A stretch of DNA of 64,000 nucleotides from Desulfomonilia bacterium (GCA_050014195.1 JBEKDT010000001.1:256001-320000); one strand, 5' to 3'; positions 40,663 to 50,712 are shown, counted from the first letter of the stretch. Numbers and translations are program-made. The notes: generated by a model from the letters alone, not told the origin.

Positions 40663-41091
40663 CTACCCTTGGAGTAGTTCATCCACAGCCTCCTTTACAT
40701 CATCCGGTGTCGCATAATACTTCAAGACAAACCCAATACTTTGATCTATCTCTTTGATTCTCGCAATCTTATCTTGTTCAGTGACTACGGTTACTACTAG
40801 TATAGGTTGATTTAGACCAATACTTCTGATGTGGCGTATTAACTCAATGCCATAAAAAATATCCTCAACTCGTAAAAGTTTCTCTTTTACCTGTTCCTTT
40901 GTTATCGCTTGTTCACCACTTGGCAAGATTATGTCAACTACATACATATCGTACTGCTTTTCTGCAATCTTAGTTAAAGCATCTGAATAATCCACAGCTC
41001 GTTCCACATTATACTTTCGGCAGACCCCATTAGAAAAAGCTCTAAATTGGTCTTTTTCATCTTCTATCCACAAGATCACCTTATCCATCAA
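40663..41091 (-). CDS. Stand-alone response regulator receiver
   Basis: ILWIEDE, VVDIILP (phospho-acceptor Asp), GIELI, VVTV, LK; no output domain. Confidence 0.85.
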   Translation of the reverse strand: MMDKVILWIEDEKDQFRAFSNGVCRKYNVERAVDYSDALTKIAEKQYDMYVVDIILPSGEQAITKEQVKEKLLRVEDIFYGIELIRHIRSIGLNQPILVVTVVTEQDKIARIKEIDQSIGFVLKYYATPDDVKEAVDELLQG

Positions 41092-42461
41092 GTCACCTCC
41101 ACTTCTTCTTGTACATAGGGAATATATAAGAAGACCTTAGTCAGATAGGGACCTTCAATACTTTGGCCTAATGGCCTGCTTTCAATTTCTGTCTTCCCGT
41201 TATGTTGCTCGTCAATTATTCTTTTTACTTGGGACAACCCTAAACCGGAACCAGTCCTGTGCCTATCACTCGATAGTTTTCCTCGGTAGCCCTCTTTAAA
41301 AATTTTGTCCATCTCGTCAGGCAAGATCCCCAGCCCAAAGTTTGCAATAGTAATCTTAACATATTTCTCCAGGCCCTCGCATGACGTCTGGATTCTTCTT
41401 GGTTTATCTTCACTCTGACCAAAGTATGAATATTTAACAGCATTGTGGTAGACATTCATGAAAGCACGCATCAACAATGCCTTGTCAGCCTCTATGTTTG
41501 GCATATCAAGATCGTTCTTCACAATAGGCTCAAAAATAACGTCTTTATCACCAGCTGGGCTTTCGAAGATTTTTTGAGCTTCCTGTAAAAGAGCAAGCAC
41601 GTTACATCTTGATACTATTAGTGCCCCAGTGTCTGCGCTTAACGTTGAGCAGATGTTCTCCACAATGGTGGAAAATAAGATGGAATTAGAGACAGCGTAC
41701 TTGATATTTTGTTGTGCATTTACGAGCTGTTGGCTGACTTCCTTAATACTTAATTGCTGATTAGAAAGTACATCAGCAAGAATATCACGTGATTCGCAGA
41801 GTATTCCACGTGCAGCTGTATTTGGCTGGTGTATTTCATGGCGCAACATTGTAATTCTATTAATTCGTCTGAGAAGGTCAGATATGATTCCAATCAAACT
41901 GTTTTCGACGGCAGCGAGTGCCTTAATCGAGTTAGCTGGAAACTCATTTATGTATTCGACTTCTGCAAATCTTGCGGTCATCTCTCCCTTGGTGACTACG
42001 TCCACTAGTCCCTCTGACTTTAATTGTTGAACTCTCCTAGTGAAACATTCTTCAGATTCCTTTGTTCTTGCTGAATCTTTGAGTTTTCGCTGGCCAGTGA
42101 TGAGAGCTCCATAGTAAACATTTTCGTGGAAAATAGGGTAAGCAAGATTCCAGAGTCCAAGGTGGCATAATCCGAGTTTTGGGTCTTGTAACTTCTCAAA
42201 GTTTCTCTGTGCAGATCGCTTAGCATGATCCTGATTACAGAGTGACCACAAGTTCGATCGGCTTCTCATATAGGAGCACAAAGGGGATAAGAGACTCTTA
42301 TGTGTCGTCCACAGCTCTCTGCCTGAATCTGTGTGCATTGCTATTACAAAATTCTGTGATGAACAGAAGAAATCTAACAGTGGGAGAATTATTGATTTTA
42401 TATCAGCACTAAAAACATCTTGAGTTGGGCTTGGCCCAATCGAGCGTCTTCTCATTTCCAT
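41088..42461 (-). CDS. Cytoplasmic sensor histidine kinase with PocR-like domain
   Basis: LCSY...LCNQD...CHLGLWNLAYPI...GALITGQ (PocR-like); H box RHEIHQP, NVYHNAVKYS, NFGLGI, GSGLGL. Confidence 0.82.
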   Translation of the reverse strand: MEMRRRSIGPSPTQDVFSADIKSIILPLLDFFCSSQNFVIAMHTDSGRELWTTHKSLLSPLCSYMRSRSNLWSLCNQDHAKRSAQRNFEKLQDPKLGLCHLGLWNLAYPIFHENVYYGALITGQRKLKDSARTKESEECFTRRVQQLKSEGLVDVVTKGEMTARFAEVEYINEFPANSIKALAAVENSLIGIISDLLRRINRITMLRHEIHQPNTAARGILCESRDILADVLSNQQLSIKEVSQQLVNAQQNIKYAVSNSILFSTIVENICSTLSADTGALIVSRCNVLALLQEAQKIFESPAGDKDVIFEPIVKNDLDMPNIEADKALLMRAFMNVYHNAVKYSYFGQSEDKPRRIQTSCEGLEKYVKITIANFGLGILPDEMDKIFKEGYRGKLSSDRHRTGSGLGLSQVKRIIDEQHNGKTEIESRPLGQSIEGPYLTKVFLYIPYVQEEVEVT

Positions 42462-43100
42462 GGAAGCGATTGTCTCCCTCCCAAAGTGAATTGAGTAAAC
42501 TCTTTTTTGATAAAAAATAACAATGCTCTACCTTTTTACAGTTAATTCACATATTGAATAAATAAGTTGTTTATTATCAGCTGTATTTGCTTGATGGGAT
42601 TCAAAGGTGTAAAATCATTCTTGGATCTAATACAATATTTTTCTAAAATAATCAAACAGGGTTTAGTTTCTTAACACAACATCTTGAGATTGCGGCCCTT
42701 ATGCATGTACTTTCTTACGTGGCATCATGAGGATCAGGTCTTATATTTTATCATTCTTTACTCTGCCCGGATAATAACAGGCCCTTTTGACTAAAGTACA
42801 TATAACTTTCCAAAACCATAATTAAACCAGTAAATTATTAATGTAAATAGTACTATAAGCACCCGACAGCCGCTGCGCAGCTGTTATTCATGCAACTAAC
42901 TAAAATATCAATCCATCCTATTATATTGATAATATTAATCTAAAAAGTAGTTAGTTAGGAGAAATGCAAGATCCGAGAAACATAACAAATCACACCGCTG
43001 TATGATATCATCTTAACTACCAGCTTCATTGTATGATCAGATCTCAACTATGATTATCAACGAAGTAGGTGACAGGCACGGTTTCCTATTTCATGATCTC

Positions 43101-43132
43101 AAAACAGGCAGCAAATTTACTGCCGCCTGTTT
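43101..43132 (-). terminator. Rho-independent terminator after vapC
   Basis: Minus strand AAACAGGCGGCA-GTAAATT-TGCTGCCTGTTTT. Confidence 0.65.
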
Positions 43133-43198
43133 CTTCAATCCTTTGGGCATCCATACATTTGATCATGTTTGCTGCATAAATCGCAGATGAGAAAAAAG

Positions 43199-43600
43199 CT
43201 AAGGTATTACTTGAAATCCAGCCAGCTCAAAGTGCTTATCGAAAGTAAACACTCTTTTTATCTTATATTCTTTCATCAAAACAAAGGATATGCAATCAGT
43301 ATAGCTTACCATCTGATCTGAGTATCTTTCGAAATATCGTAATGCTTCAAGCTCATGTGATTTATCGGGTCTCAAGATGGTAAAGGCATCGGATGAAAAG
43401 ATTGACTTTGCTCTCTGGGCAGCGAATTGATAACTAGCCCTTCTCCCTAAGAGGGTGAAAGTCTCATCTAAAACAAAATTGCTGGTGAAGAGCTTATCTT
43501 TATTCTTTTCCAGAGCCTTCCAGGAAGATAGAGCTTCAGCATGATAATCGTCTTTGGCAATATATCTGGCTATCAATGCTCCCGTATCAATATAGATCAT
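43199..43600 (-). CDS. vapC: PIN-domain toxin
   Basis: YIDTGALIA, VLDETFTLL, SYTDCISF, FTFDKHF. Confidence 0.9.
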   Translation of the reverse strand: MIYIDTGALIARYIAKDDYHAEALSSWKALEKNKDKLFTSNFVLDETFTLLGRRASYQFAAQRAKSIFSSDAFTILRPDKSHELEALRYFERYSDQMVSYTDCISFVLMKEYKIKRVFTFDKHFELAGFQVIP

Positions 43601-43833
43601 GCCTTGCTTCCATATAGATAATCATCATGCTTCTTGGAGATATCTTTTGGTGCCGACCCGGTATATACAGCTGTGTCGGTGAAGAAAGCATCTCCCTTGC
43701 CGCCCTCGTATTTCCTTAACAAATCTTTCATCGCTTCTCTTACGAACTCAGAGAGCGAGAAGCCTTTTTTCCTCGATACATCTTCGGCCTTTGCTTTCAG
43801 GTCGTCCGGAAGCATAATAGTTGTCCGATGCAT
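43597..43833 (-). CDS. vapB: Ribbon-helix-helix antitoxin
   Basis: MHRTTIMLPDDL...SLSEFVREA RHH pattern, HDDYLY tail; ATGA overlap with vapC. Confidence 0.85.
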   Translation of the reverse strand: MHRTTIMLPDDLKAKAEDVSRKKGFSLSEFVREAMKDLLRKYEGGKGDAFFTDTAVYTGSAPKDISKKHDDYLYGSKA

Positions 43834-43852
43834 TTACATCACCCCCTTTATG

Positions 43853-43887
43853 CATAACCATATAGCCATAACCATATTAAATGTCAA
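43853..43887 (-). promoter_or_regulatory. vapBC promoter with direct-repeat operator
   Basis: Minus strand TTGACA-17 nt-TATATG; CATAACCATAT repeated at 43853-43863 and 43867-43877. Confidence 0.6.
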
Positions 43888-43971
43888 GCTTCCATCCGTG
43901 GCCTCTGAGACCTTTTTATTCAAGTTATCCGTTTGATGCTAAATAATAATATAACAAATATTAATCCAATA

Positions 43972-44029
43972 ATAACAAAATGTTATAATTAAATGAATGT
44001 TGACATGTTAAAAGAAATCATTATATCCT
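43972..44029 (+). promoter_or_regulatory. Putative trb operon promoter with upstream palindrome
   Basis: ATAACA-aaa-TGTTAT (43972-43986); TTGACA at 44000-44005 with TATCCT 18 nt downstream. Confidence 0.5.
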
Positions 44030-44060
44030 TGAGTCGTAACTGGATACGAGGAGGTTGGAT

Positions 44061-44363
44061 ATGAAATGTCGCTTGTTGGCGATAACACTTGTTGCTTTTC
44101 TGGCCCCATCCATGCTTCTTGCAGCAGGAAGCGGCATGCCCTGGGAAGGCCCTCTCGATCAAATCCTGAACTCTCTGACCGGCCCATGGCTCAGGTTCGG
44201 AAGCGTTGCGGCAATTATGGCCGTGGGCTTCATGCTGGCCTTCGGTGAGACAGGCGGGATTCTGAAGAGGTCCTTGCAGGCGGTGCTTGGTCTTTCCGTA
44301 GCTTGCGCTGCTACCGGGTGGGGTCTTTCATTCTTCGGGTTCAGCGGAGGTTTGGGGTTCTGA
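44061..44363 (+). CDS. trbC: TrbC/VirB2 pilin
   Basis: Signal peptide, AGSGMPWEGPLDQILNSLTGP, LAFGE, two TM segments. Confidence 0.92.
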   Translation: MKCRLLAITLVAFLAPSMLLAAGSGMPWEGPLDQILNSLTGPWLRFGSVAAIMAVGFMLAFGETGGILKRSLQAVLGLSVACAATGWGLSFFGFSGGLGF

Positions 44364-44367
44364 ATTT

Positions 44368-44607
44368 ATGAAGGTCCCAATCCACCGAGGTCTCATAGAA
44401 AGGAACATGATTGCCGGAGTACCCCGGAATGTAGCGATCCTGGGGGGAACGCTAGGCGGTGCTCTGGTGCTGGGCATGCAAAATGCCTGGATGATTTTGG
44501 TTCTCATACCCGTTTATATTATTCTTGTTGTGTTATATAAATCAGATCCATACCTCCTTGAAGTTTTGGTCTCTCATGTCAATGAAGACGACTACCTAGA
44601 GCCATAG
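44368..44607 (+). CDS. trbD: TrbD/VirB3
   Basis: VPIHRGL...MIAGVPR, TM pair, KSDP. Confidence 0.88.
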   Translation: MKVPIHRGLIERNMIAGVPRNVAILGGTLGGALVLGMQNAWMILVLIPVYIILVVLYKSDPYLLEVLVSHVNEDDYLEP

Positions 44608-44668
44608 CTTTCAAAAGCTATAGCGACAGCTTTGCTTACTGCCCATGGATTGGGCGGGGGAGGTATTG

Positions 44669-47071
44669 GTGCTGCATCTTAAGGAGTACAGGGAAACACC
44701 GAACAAACTGGCCCATAGGCTTCCCTGGGCCATAATCATTGCCCCTGGAGTCGTCCTCAACAAGACAGGCTCCTTTCAATCAACAATCATCTTCAACGGA
44801 CCTGATCTCTACTCCTCGACAGAGGAGGAACTCGACGCGGTCGCAGCACAGGTAAACAACGCACTGATGAGGCTCCCTTCTCCCTGGGCTTACTTTATCG
44901 AAGTACAAAGGCGGAAGTACAACTACTACCCTGATTCCGAGTTCCCGAATCAGGCAAGCAGCCTGGTCGATGAGGAAAGGAAGCGGATCTTTCTCGATGA
45001 CGGGCATCACTTCACGAGCACGTACTACCTGACCTTCACCTATATGTCGCCCTCTGAGCAGTCCCAGAAGATCCTCAACAAGTTCATGGATCAGCAGAAG
45101 ATCGATTACACAAAGCACCTGGAATACTTCCAGGACGAGGTGAGGAAGATCGTCGATATCCTGAAGACCATATTCCCCTATGTCGAGTATCTCGATGATG
45201 ATGCAACCCTCACTTACCTCCACTCCTGTATTTCCACAAAGTATCATCCGGTGAAGACACCAAAGACACCGGTCTTTCTGGACTATCTTCTTCCCGACGA
45301 GATCCTGATAGGTGGCTTTCAACCGAAACTCGGAGAATCCTTTCTCAAGGTTATCTCGATTGACGGTTTCCCTCTGGAGTCCGATCCCCAGATGTTGAAG
45401 GACCTGGACGGGCTAGGGTGTGAATATCGCTGGTCTACCCGGTTCATCTGCCTGTCAAAGAACGAGGCTATCAGAGAACTGAAGAAGTATTCGAAACAAT
45501 GGTTTTCCAAGAAACGTTCCCTGTGGAGCCTGGTGAAGATGTCTTTCATGAACGAGATAGACGACGGCAAGGAAGATACCGACGCGGTGAATAAGTCCTA
45601 CGATTGCGATGCAGTCGCAGAGATGGTCGCGGGAGGGCTCGTATCAGCCGGGTATTATACCTCCTGCATCGTCCTGTGGGACAAGGACCTCGACCTTTTG
45701 CATGACAAAGTCAGCAGTGTCGAGCAGATTACCAACTCTGCAGGCTTCGTTACCAGGAATGAGTCTTTGAATGTTATTCAGTCATGGTTCGGATCGCTGC
45801 CGGGTCACTGCTGGGCAAACATAAGAAGGCCTCTTGTCCATTCTCTCAATCTCACACACCTCATTCCACTCTCTTCAGACTGGGCGGGCCCGGAAAGGAA
45901 CAATCACTTGAACGGCCCGCCTCTTTTCTATGCAAAGACCCTGAGCAACACCCCGTTCAGATATTCAACGCATGTGGGGGATGTCGGACATACGATGATC
46001 GTGGGTCCTACCGGTGCCGGTAAATCCGCCCTACTGTCATTTATGGCCGTGCAGTTCCAGAGATACAGGAATGCCCAGGTTTATATATTCGACAAGGACA
46101 AGTCTGCAAGAATCACGACCCTTCTCACGGGAGGAGATCACTACGACCTGGGAGAGAATACTGACCTGGCCTTCCAGCCCCTGATGAATATCGATAAAGA
46201 GAGTGAGAGGTCCTGGGCTCTGGAGTGGGTCACTGAAATCCTGGCTCAGCAAAATGTTGTAGTAACACCGAGTTTGAGAAATGAGCTCTGGGAAGCCCTT
46301 ACGAATCTTTCTACTTCTCCGGTAAGACAAAGGACCATCACCGGTCTTGTCACTTTGGTGCAAAACAAAGAGATCCGGGAGGCCCTTTTCCTGTACACCC
46401 TGCAGGGATCATACGGTCAACTCCTGGATGCCGAGAGCGACACCCTTGAATACGGAAGATTTCAATGTTTTGAGATGAACCATCTCATGGTCTCTATGCA
46501 CAATGCAGTGCCTCCGGTACTTTCCTACCTGTTCCACCGTCTTGATCAGAGGTTCACCGGTGATCCTACCCTGCTCCTGCTCGATGAATCCTGGCTTTTC
46601 CTGGATCATCCTATCTTTTCAAACAAGATTCGCGACTGGCTCAAGACACTGCGGAAGGCCAATGTCGCTGTCGTCTTTTCTACGCAGTCTGTGGCTGACA
46701 TGGTGAAGAGCCCTATCTTTAGCACTCTTAATGAATCGTGTCCGACAAGGATCTTCCTGCCGAACCGCAAGGCTTTTGAGCCGGAGGCATATGAGCAGTA
46801 CCAGAGGTTCGGACTGAATCACCGGCAGATCGAGATTCTCGTCAATGCCATGCCCAAGAGGCAGTATTATTGCCAGTCCGATGCCGGGAACAGACTGTTC
46901 GACCTGGGGCTCGATCCTGTTTCGCTCGCGATATGTGCTTCAAGCTCTAAAGAGGACCACAGTCTCATGGATGATTTGCTGGAAGAGGGCAAAGAGGATC
47001 TTCTGAACAGATGGCTTAACCTGAAAACCGAGACAAGGGAGGTATTGCAATGCGCAAGAGCAACTTCATAA
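44669..47071 (+). CDS. trbE: TrbE/VirB4 ATPase
   Basis: LPWA...GVVLNKTGSFQ, DVGHTMIVGPTGAGKS, LLDESW, WLKTLRKAN, SCPTRIFLPN; GTG start after GGAGG. Confidence 0.95.
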   Translation: MLHLKEYRETPNKLAHRLPWAIIIAPGVVLNKTGSFQSTIIFNGPDLYSSTEEELDAVAAQVNNALMRLPSPWAYFIEVQRRKYNYYPDSEFPNQASSLVDEERKRIFLDDGHHFTSTYYLTFTYMSPSEQSQKILNKFMDQQKIDYTKHLEYFQDEVRKIVDILKTIFPYVEYLDDDATLTYLHSCISTKYHPVKTPKTPVFLDYLLPDEILIGGFQPKLGESFLKVISIDGFPLESDPQMLKDLDGLGCEYRWSTRFICLSKNEAIRELKKYSKQWFSKKRSLWSLVKMSFMNEIDDGKEDTDAVNKSYDCDAVAEMVAGGLVSAGYYTSCIVLWDKDLDLLHDKVSSVEQITNSAGFVTRNESLNVIQSWFGSLPGHCWANIRRPLVHSLNLTHLIPLSSDWAGPERNNHLNGPPLFYAKTLSNTPFRYSTHVGDVGHTMIVGPTGAGKSALLSFMAVQFQRYRNAQVYIFDKDKSARITTLLTGGDHYDLGENTDLAFQPLMNIDKESERSWALEWVTEILAQQNVVVTPSLRNELWEALTNLSTSPVRQRTITGLVTLVQNKEIREALFLYTLQGSYGQLLDAESDTLEYGRFQCFEMNHLMVSMHNAVPPVLSYLFHRLDQRFTGDPTLLLLDESWLFLDHPIFSNKIRDWLKTLRKANVAVVFSTQSVADMVKSPIFSTLNESCPTRIFLPNRKAFEPEAYEQYQRFGLNHRQIEILVNAMPKRQYYCQSDAGNRLFDLGLDPVSLAICASSSKEDHSLMDDLLEEGKEDLLNRWLNLKTETREVLQCARATS

Positions 47072-47802
47072 GGAGCTTTATAATCATTTCGGTTCTCACC
47101 GTATCCATCACTGCTGCTTCCTACTGCTATGACACGGTATACGATCCCTGGAACTTCGTGGAAAGCTATTATAATGCCCTCCAGGCATTCGAACAGAACC
47201 AGAAGCTTTTAAATCAGCTCCAAAACCAGATGACCATGATCAATAATGAGTATCAGAATCTCAAGGCTCTCCAGGTGAATATTGGGAATACACCCATGCA
47301 GACGGCTCAAGAGATCAATACCATGTTAGGCAGGATACAAGGCGTCGGATATAACATCCAGACTCTGGACAGTAGCTATCAAAACCTCTACCAGCAGTTC
47401 GGAACAGTGATACAGGGAGCATCTCCCAGCGACATACAAACCAAGAGGTTGTCCCAGATCGTAGCAACCTCCAATGCCAATATCAATGCCATGAATGTTC
47501 AGGCACAGGAAATTCAGGGAATTAACGACGATATCATTGCTACTGACCAGGTATTGATGGGTTCCAGGCATGCTTCTGGAAATCTCGATGCCCAGCAGTA
47601 TGGAAATGAGTTAGCCGCCATGCAGATCAAACAGCAGATCAAGACCCAGCAGCTCCTGGCTGTACAAAACCATCTTGACTCAACCAGGCTCGCTGAGGAG
47701 CAGGCAAAAGATTATGAGAGGCAACAGGACTACATATACCGGATGAGGAATTGGGGTACAAAAAAATCGACGGCTGTACCCATGAATGATTTTCCTCATT
47801 GA
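47050..47802 (+). CDS. trbJ: TrbJ/VirB5 family protein
   Basis: Signal peptide, VYDPWNF, Gln-rich helices, GNLDAQQYGNEL; follows trbE. Confidence 0.85.
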   Translation: MRKSNFIRSFIIISVLTVSITAASYCYDTVYDPWNFVESYYNALQAFEQNQKLLNQLQNQMTMINNEYQNLKALQVNIGNTPMQTAQEINTMLGRIQGVGYNIQTLDSSYQNLYQQFGTVIQGASPSDIQTKRLSQIVATSNANINAMNVQAQEIQGINDDIIATDQVLMGSRHASGNLDAQQYGNELAAMQIKQQIKTQQLLAVQNHLDSTRLAEEQAKDYERQQDYIYRMRNWGTKKSTAVPMNDFPH

Positions 47803-47829
47803 AATAATTTCATTAACCATGAGGAGGGT

Positions 47830-47994
47830 ATGATGTTCAGACAGGCAATAGCGTTTGGTATTCTTGTATTGTTTCTTGCCGGATGCAGTGGATCGGACAG
47901 TTCAAATAAAGATCTCATGAGGAATTGGGGAACAAAGAAATCAACAGCTATACCAATGAAGGATTTTCCTGGTGGTCCTGGAAATAAAAAATGA
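47830..47994 (+). CDS. trbK: TrbK-like entry-exclusion lipoprotein (54 aa, absent from the ORF track)
   Basis: RBS GAGGAGG; MMFRQAIAFGILVLFLAGC lipobox; lies between trbJ and trbL; repeats the TrbJ C-terminal 18 aa. Confidence 0.8.
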   Translation: MMFRQAIAFGILVLFLAGCSGSDSSNKDLMRNWGTKKSTAIPMKDFPGGPGNKK

Positions 47995-48013
47995 ATGACA
48001 TCAAGGAATAACT

Positions 48014-49036
48014 ATGGATTCAGGAGTCTTGACCTCAGTATTGAACCAGTTGGCCGGTCGGCTTTCTCTCGGATATGCCAGAATACTCCCTGATGCATTG
48101 GTGCTTATGCGATATCTGGTGGCTATAGAGATCGTGGTACTGGGAGTATTCTGGGCATTAGGAAAAAGCGATGTCACAGTAACAGCCATAAAGAAGATTA
48201 CCGCCATAGGCTTATTTCTCTGGATAATAACCGGGATGCAGTCATTATCCTATGCACTTATCAGATCCTTTGCTCAGGCTGGGCTTGTGGCAGGCGGTAA
48301 TGCGATAACATTAACAAATCTTTTTGATCCGTCAGCCATAATAGACATGGGATTCAAGACCACAAAACCCATTTTTGATGCGATTGGAGGGTTCACCAAT
48401 ATAGCCAGTCACCCAGTGAATTCTGCCTTACAATTTTTAACAGGGGTGATAGGTCTTTTTGCATACTTTCTTATTGCCTGGAATCTGTTCATCGTAATCA
48501 TCGAGTTCTATCTGTTCTCGGTTTGTGCAGTTTTATTGATTCCCTTCGCAGTATTCAAGCCGACTGCATGGTTAGCAGAGAGAGCTATCGGTGGAACATT
48601 TACCATTGGAGTTAAATTGATGGTTCTGGCTCTCATCGTTAGTATCGCCTACGACATCATAGGTAGTTTGGATCTAACACCTGTAGCTGATGACAATTAC
48701 GCACTCTACTGTGGGATTTCAATAGTTTGTGCCATTGCATACCTCTGCTGGAGTGCTCCAAATTTTGCAGCCGGAATCATATCGGGAGGTCCAAATCTCT
48801 CAGGATCACACATGCTGGCTGGAGCTGCTGCCATGGGGTTCGCAGTAGATCGTACTGCGGCAACTACAGCAACCAGAAGCGTAGCAGTAGTAAAAAAAGC
48901 AGCTGGTTTCGGTAAGAAAGCTGGAAGCTGGGGTTACAACAAAGTGACTGGTGGAGGCTCTAACACAGGAAAAGCCCCCAATATCAAACCAGGGGCAGGA
49001 GGTGCAAACAACAATGGACAAGCTGGCAACAGTTAA
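48014..49036 (+). CDS. trbL: TrbL/VirB6
   Basis: Polytopic; DPSAIIDMG, IEFYL, LIPFAVFKPTAWLAERAIG, GIISGGPNL, Gly/Ala-rich tail. Confidence 0.92.
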   Translation: MDSGVLTSVLNQLAGRLSLGYARILPDALVLMRYLVAIEIVVLGVFWALGKSDVTVTAIKKITAIGLFLWIITGMQSLSYALIRSFAQAGLVAGGNAITLTNLFDPSAIIDMGFKTTKPIFDAIGGFTNIASHPVNSALQFLTGVIGLFAYFLIAWNLFIVIIEFYLFSVCAVLLIPFAVFKPTAWLAERAIGGTFTIGVKLMVLALIVSIAYDIIGSLDLTPVADDNYALYCGISIVCAIAYLCWSAPNFAAGIISGGPNLSGSHMLAGAAAMGFAVDRTAATTATRSVAVVKKAAGFGKKAGSWGYNKVTGGGSNTGKAPNIKPGAGGANNNGQAGNS

Positions 49037-49703
49037 AAAACTGAAGTTCGCACCGGAAGGTGAACCCGAAACACCTTACCAGAGGGCAAGACAAGAATTC
49101 GATGACTTCATCGGTGCGGCCCGGGTGCAGGCGGCAAACTGGAGGCTTATCGCATTCGGCGAGCTTGGGGTCATTATCGTTTTGCTGATCGGGTTCATCT
49201 TTCTAGCTCTGAATTCCTCTGTCGTGCCCTATATCGTCGAGGTTAACGAGCATGGAGCCGTGAACCTCATAGGCAAGGCCGACAAGCTATATAGACCAAA
49301 TGAAGCGGCAACAGAGTATTTTCTGGGTCAGTTCGTGACACAGATACGGTCCATCCCGACGGATGCGATTATTATGAGGCACAACTATCTATCCTCATAC
49401 AATTTCCTGACACCCAAGGGATCGAACACCCTCAATGCGTACGCAAAGGAATGGGACCCTTTCAAACAGCTTGGAAAGAGGGCTGTGTCAGTGGAAGTGT
49501 CGAGCGCTGTCAAGATGAGCGAGAACAGCTACCAGGTGAACTGGTATGAACAGGATTTCGAGAACAACGGTACACCTTCAACCAGACAGGCTTATACAGG
49601 CATATTCAACCTGGTCTTTCATACGCCGAAAGACGAGAAGCTGTTACGTACCAATCCGCTCGGAATCTTCATCGATTTTTTCAACATATCCAAGGTGAAT
49701 TAA
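49014..49703 (+). CDS. trbF: TrbF/VirB8 family
   Basis: PETPYQRARQEFDDFIGAARVQAANWR, VVPYIVEV, NPLGIFI; start ATG 49014 after GGAGG. Confidence 0.92.
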   Translation: MDKLATVKKLKFAPEGEPETPYQRARQEFDDFIGAARVQAANWRLIAFGELGVIIVLLIGFIFLALNSSVVPYIVEVNEHGAVNLIGKADKLYRPNEAATEYFLGQFVTQIRSIPTDAIIMRHNYLSSYNFLTPKGSNTLNAYAKEWDPFKQLGKRAVSVEVSSAVKMSENSYQVNWYEQDFENNGTPSTRQAYTGIFNLVFHTPKDEKLLRTNPLGIFIDFFNISKVN

Positions 49704-49722
49704 GACGAGGGGGAGTGAATTC

Positions 49723-50712
49723 ATGAAAAAGTATGTCATCACTGCAATCATGATCCTGTTTGTGTTCTCGGGATGTGCCCAGAACGAAAAGATCGTACCT
49801 GCCCAGCAGGTGAAAGCACCTACTCAGAAGGGGTCCACATTCGATATACCCATAGCCGATCCCGTGCCCCAGGCGAATTACAAGAAAGTGGCAAGTCCTC
49901 AGCTCAAGAAAATGGAGACAGGGTCCTCCAGGAAGAAAAATCAGGACCCGGCCAAGGTGATAGACGAGGCGAACAAGGAGGCAGCCCAGAAGCCCACTGA
50001 GGACCGATACATCAACGCCGTAACCGTTTATGACTACATGGAAGGAGCTCTCTATGAGATCTACAGTGCCCCGTTCCACGTGACAGACATCATGCTCCAG
50101 CCCGGTGAAACACTTACAAGCCCGCCTGCTGCAGGTGACACCGCCAGGTGGTCATTGGACGTTACTACAAGCGGGACTGGAAAGGACCAGAGAGTGCACA
50201 TCTTTCTGAAACCACACATTCCAAACCTTCACACTAACATCGCTGTATCTACTGACAAACATATCTATCACCTGGAATGCCAGAGCTTCAATGAGACATA
50301 CCAGGCAGGCGTGTCATGGTACTATCCAAAGGATGAGCTCGCGAACCTCACGAACAGGATCAATGCCACGAACAACACCAGAATGGATATCATTGCAACG
50401 CTGAAAGTCTCGGATCTCAACTTCAACTACACCATCAAGGGCAGCGCATCTTGGAAACCCTTGAGGGCCTTTGATGATGGAAAGAAGGTATTCATACAGT
50501 TCCCCGCCTCCATCGAGCAGGGAGAGCTGCCACCCTTGTTCATCGTGACCAGGGAGAGCGATTCTCAGCTCGTGAACTACCGCTATCAGAAGCATTACTA
50601 CATTGTGGACCGGCTCTTCGACAAAGCCTTGCTGCAGCTCGGCACTTCAAGTCCGGAGAAAGTGTACATCTACCGTAACAGTGCAAACGAGTACAGTTTG
50701 GGCTGCCGTTGA
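49723..50712 (+). CDS. trbG: TrbG/VirB9 with lipoprotein signal
   Basis: FSGC lipobox, TDIMLQPGE, AAGDTARW, WKPLRAFDDGKKVFIQFP, YIVDRLF. Confidence 0.93.
   Translation: MKKYVITAIMILFVFSGCAQNEKIVPAQQVKAPTQKGSTFDIPIADPVPQANYKKVASPQLKKMETGSSRKKNQDPAKVIDEANKEAAQKPTEDRYINAVTVYDYMEGALYEIYSAPFHVTDIMLQPGETLTSPPAAGDTARWSLDVTTSGTGKDQRVHIFLKPHIPNLHTNIAVSTDKHIYHLECQSFNETYQAGVSWYYPKDELANLTNRINATNNTRMDIIATLKVSDLNFNYTIKGSASWKPLRAFDDGKKVFIQFPASIEQGELPPLFIVTRESDSQLVNYRYQKHYYIVDRLFDKALLQLGTSSPEKVYIYRNSANEYSLGCR

Noticed and set aside
42730-43090. Single short motifs (GGATCAGGTCTTATATTT, GGTGACAGGCACGG) reminiscent of REP-like repeats
   Set aside because: Each occurs once without a partner or transposase; not supportable.
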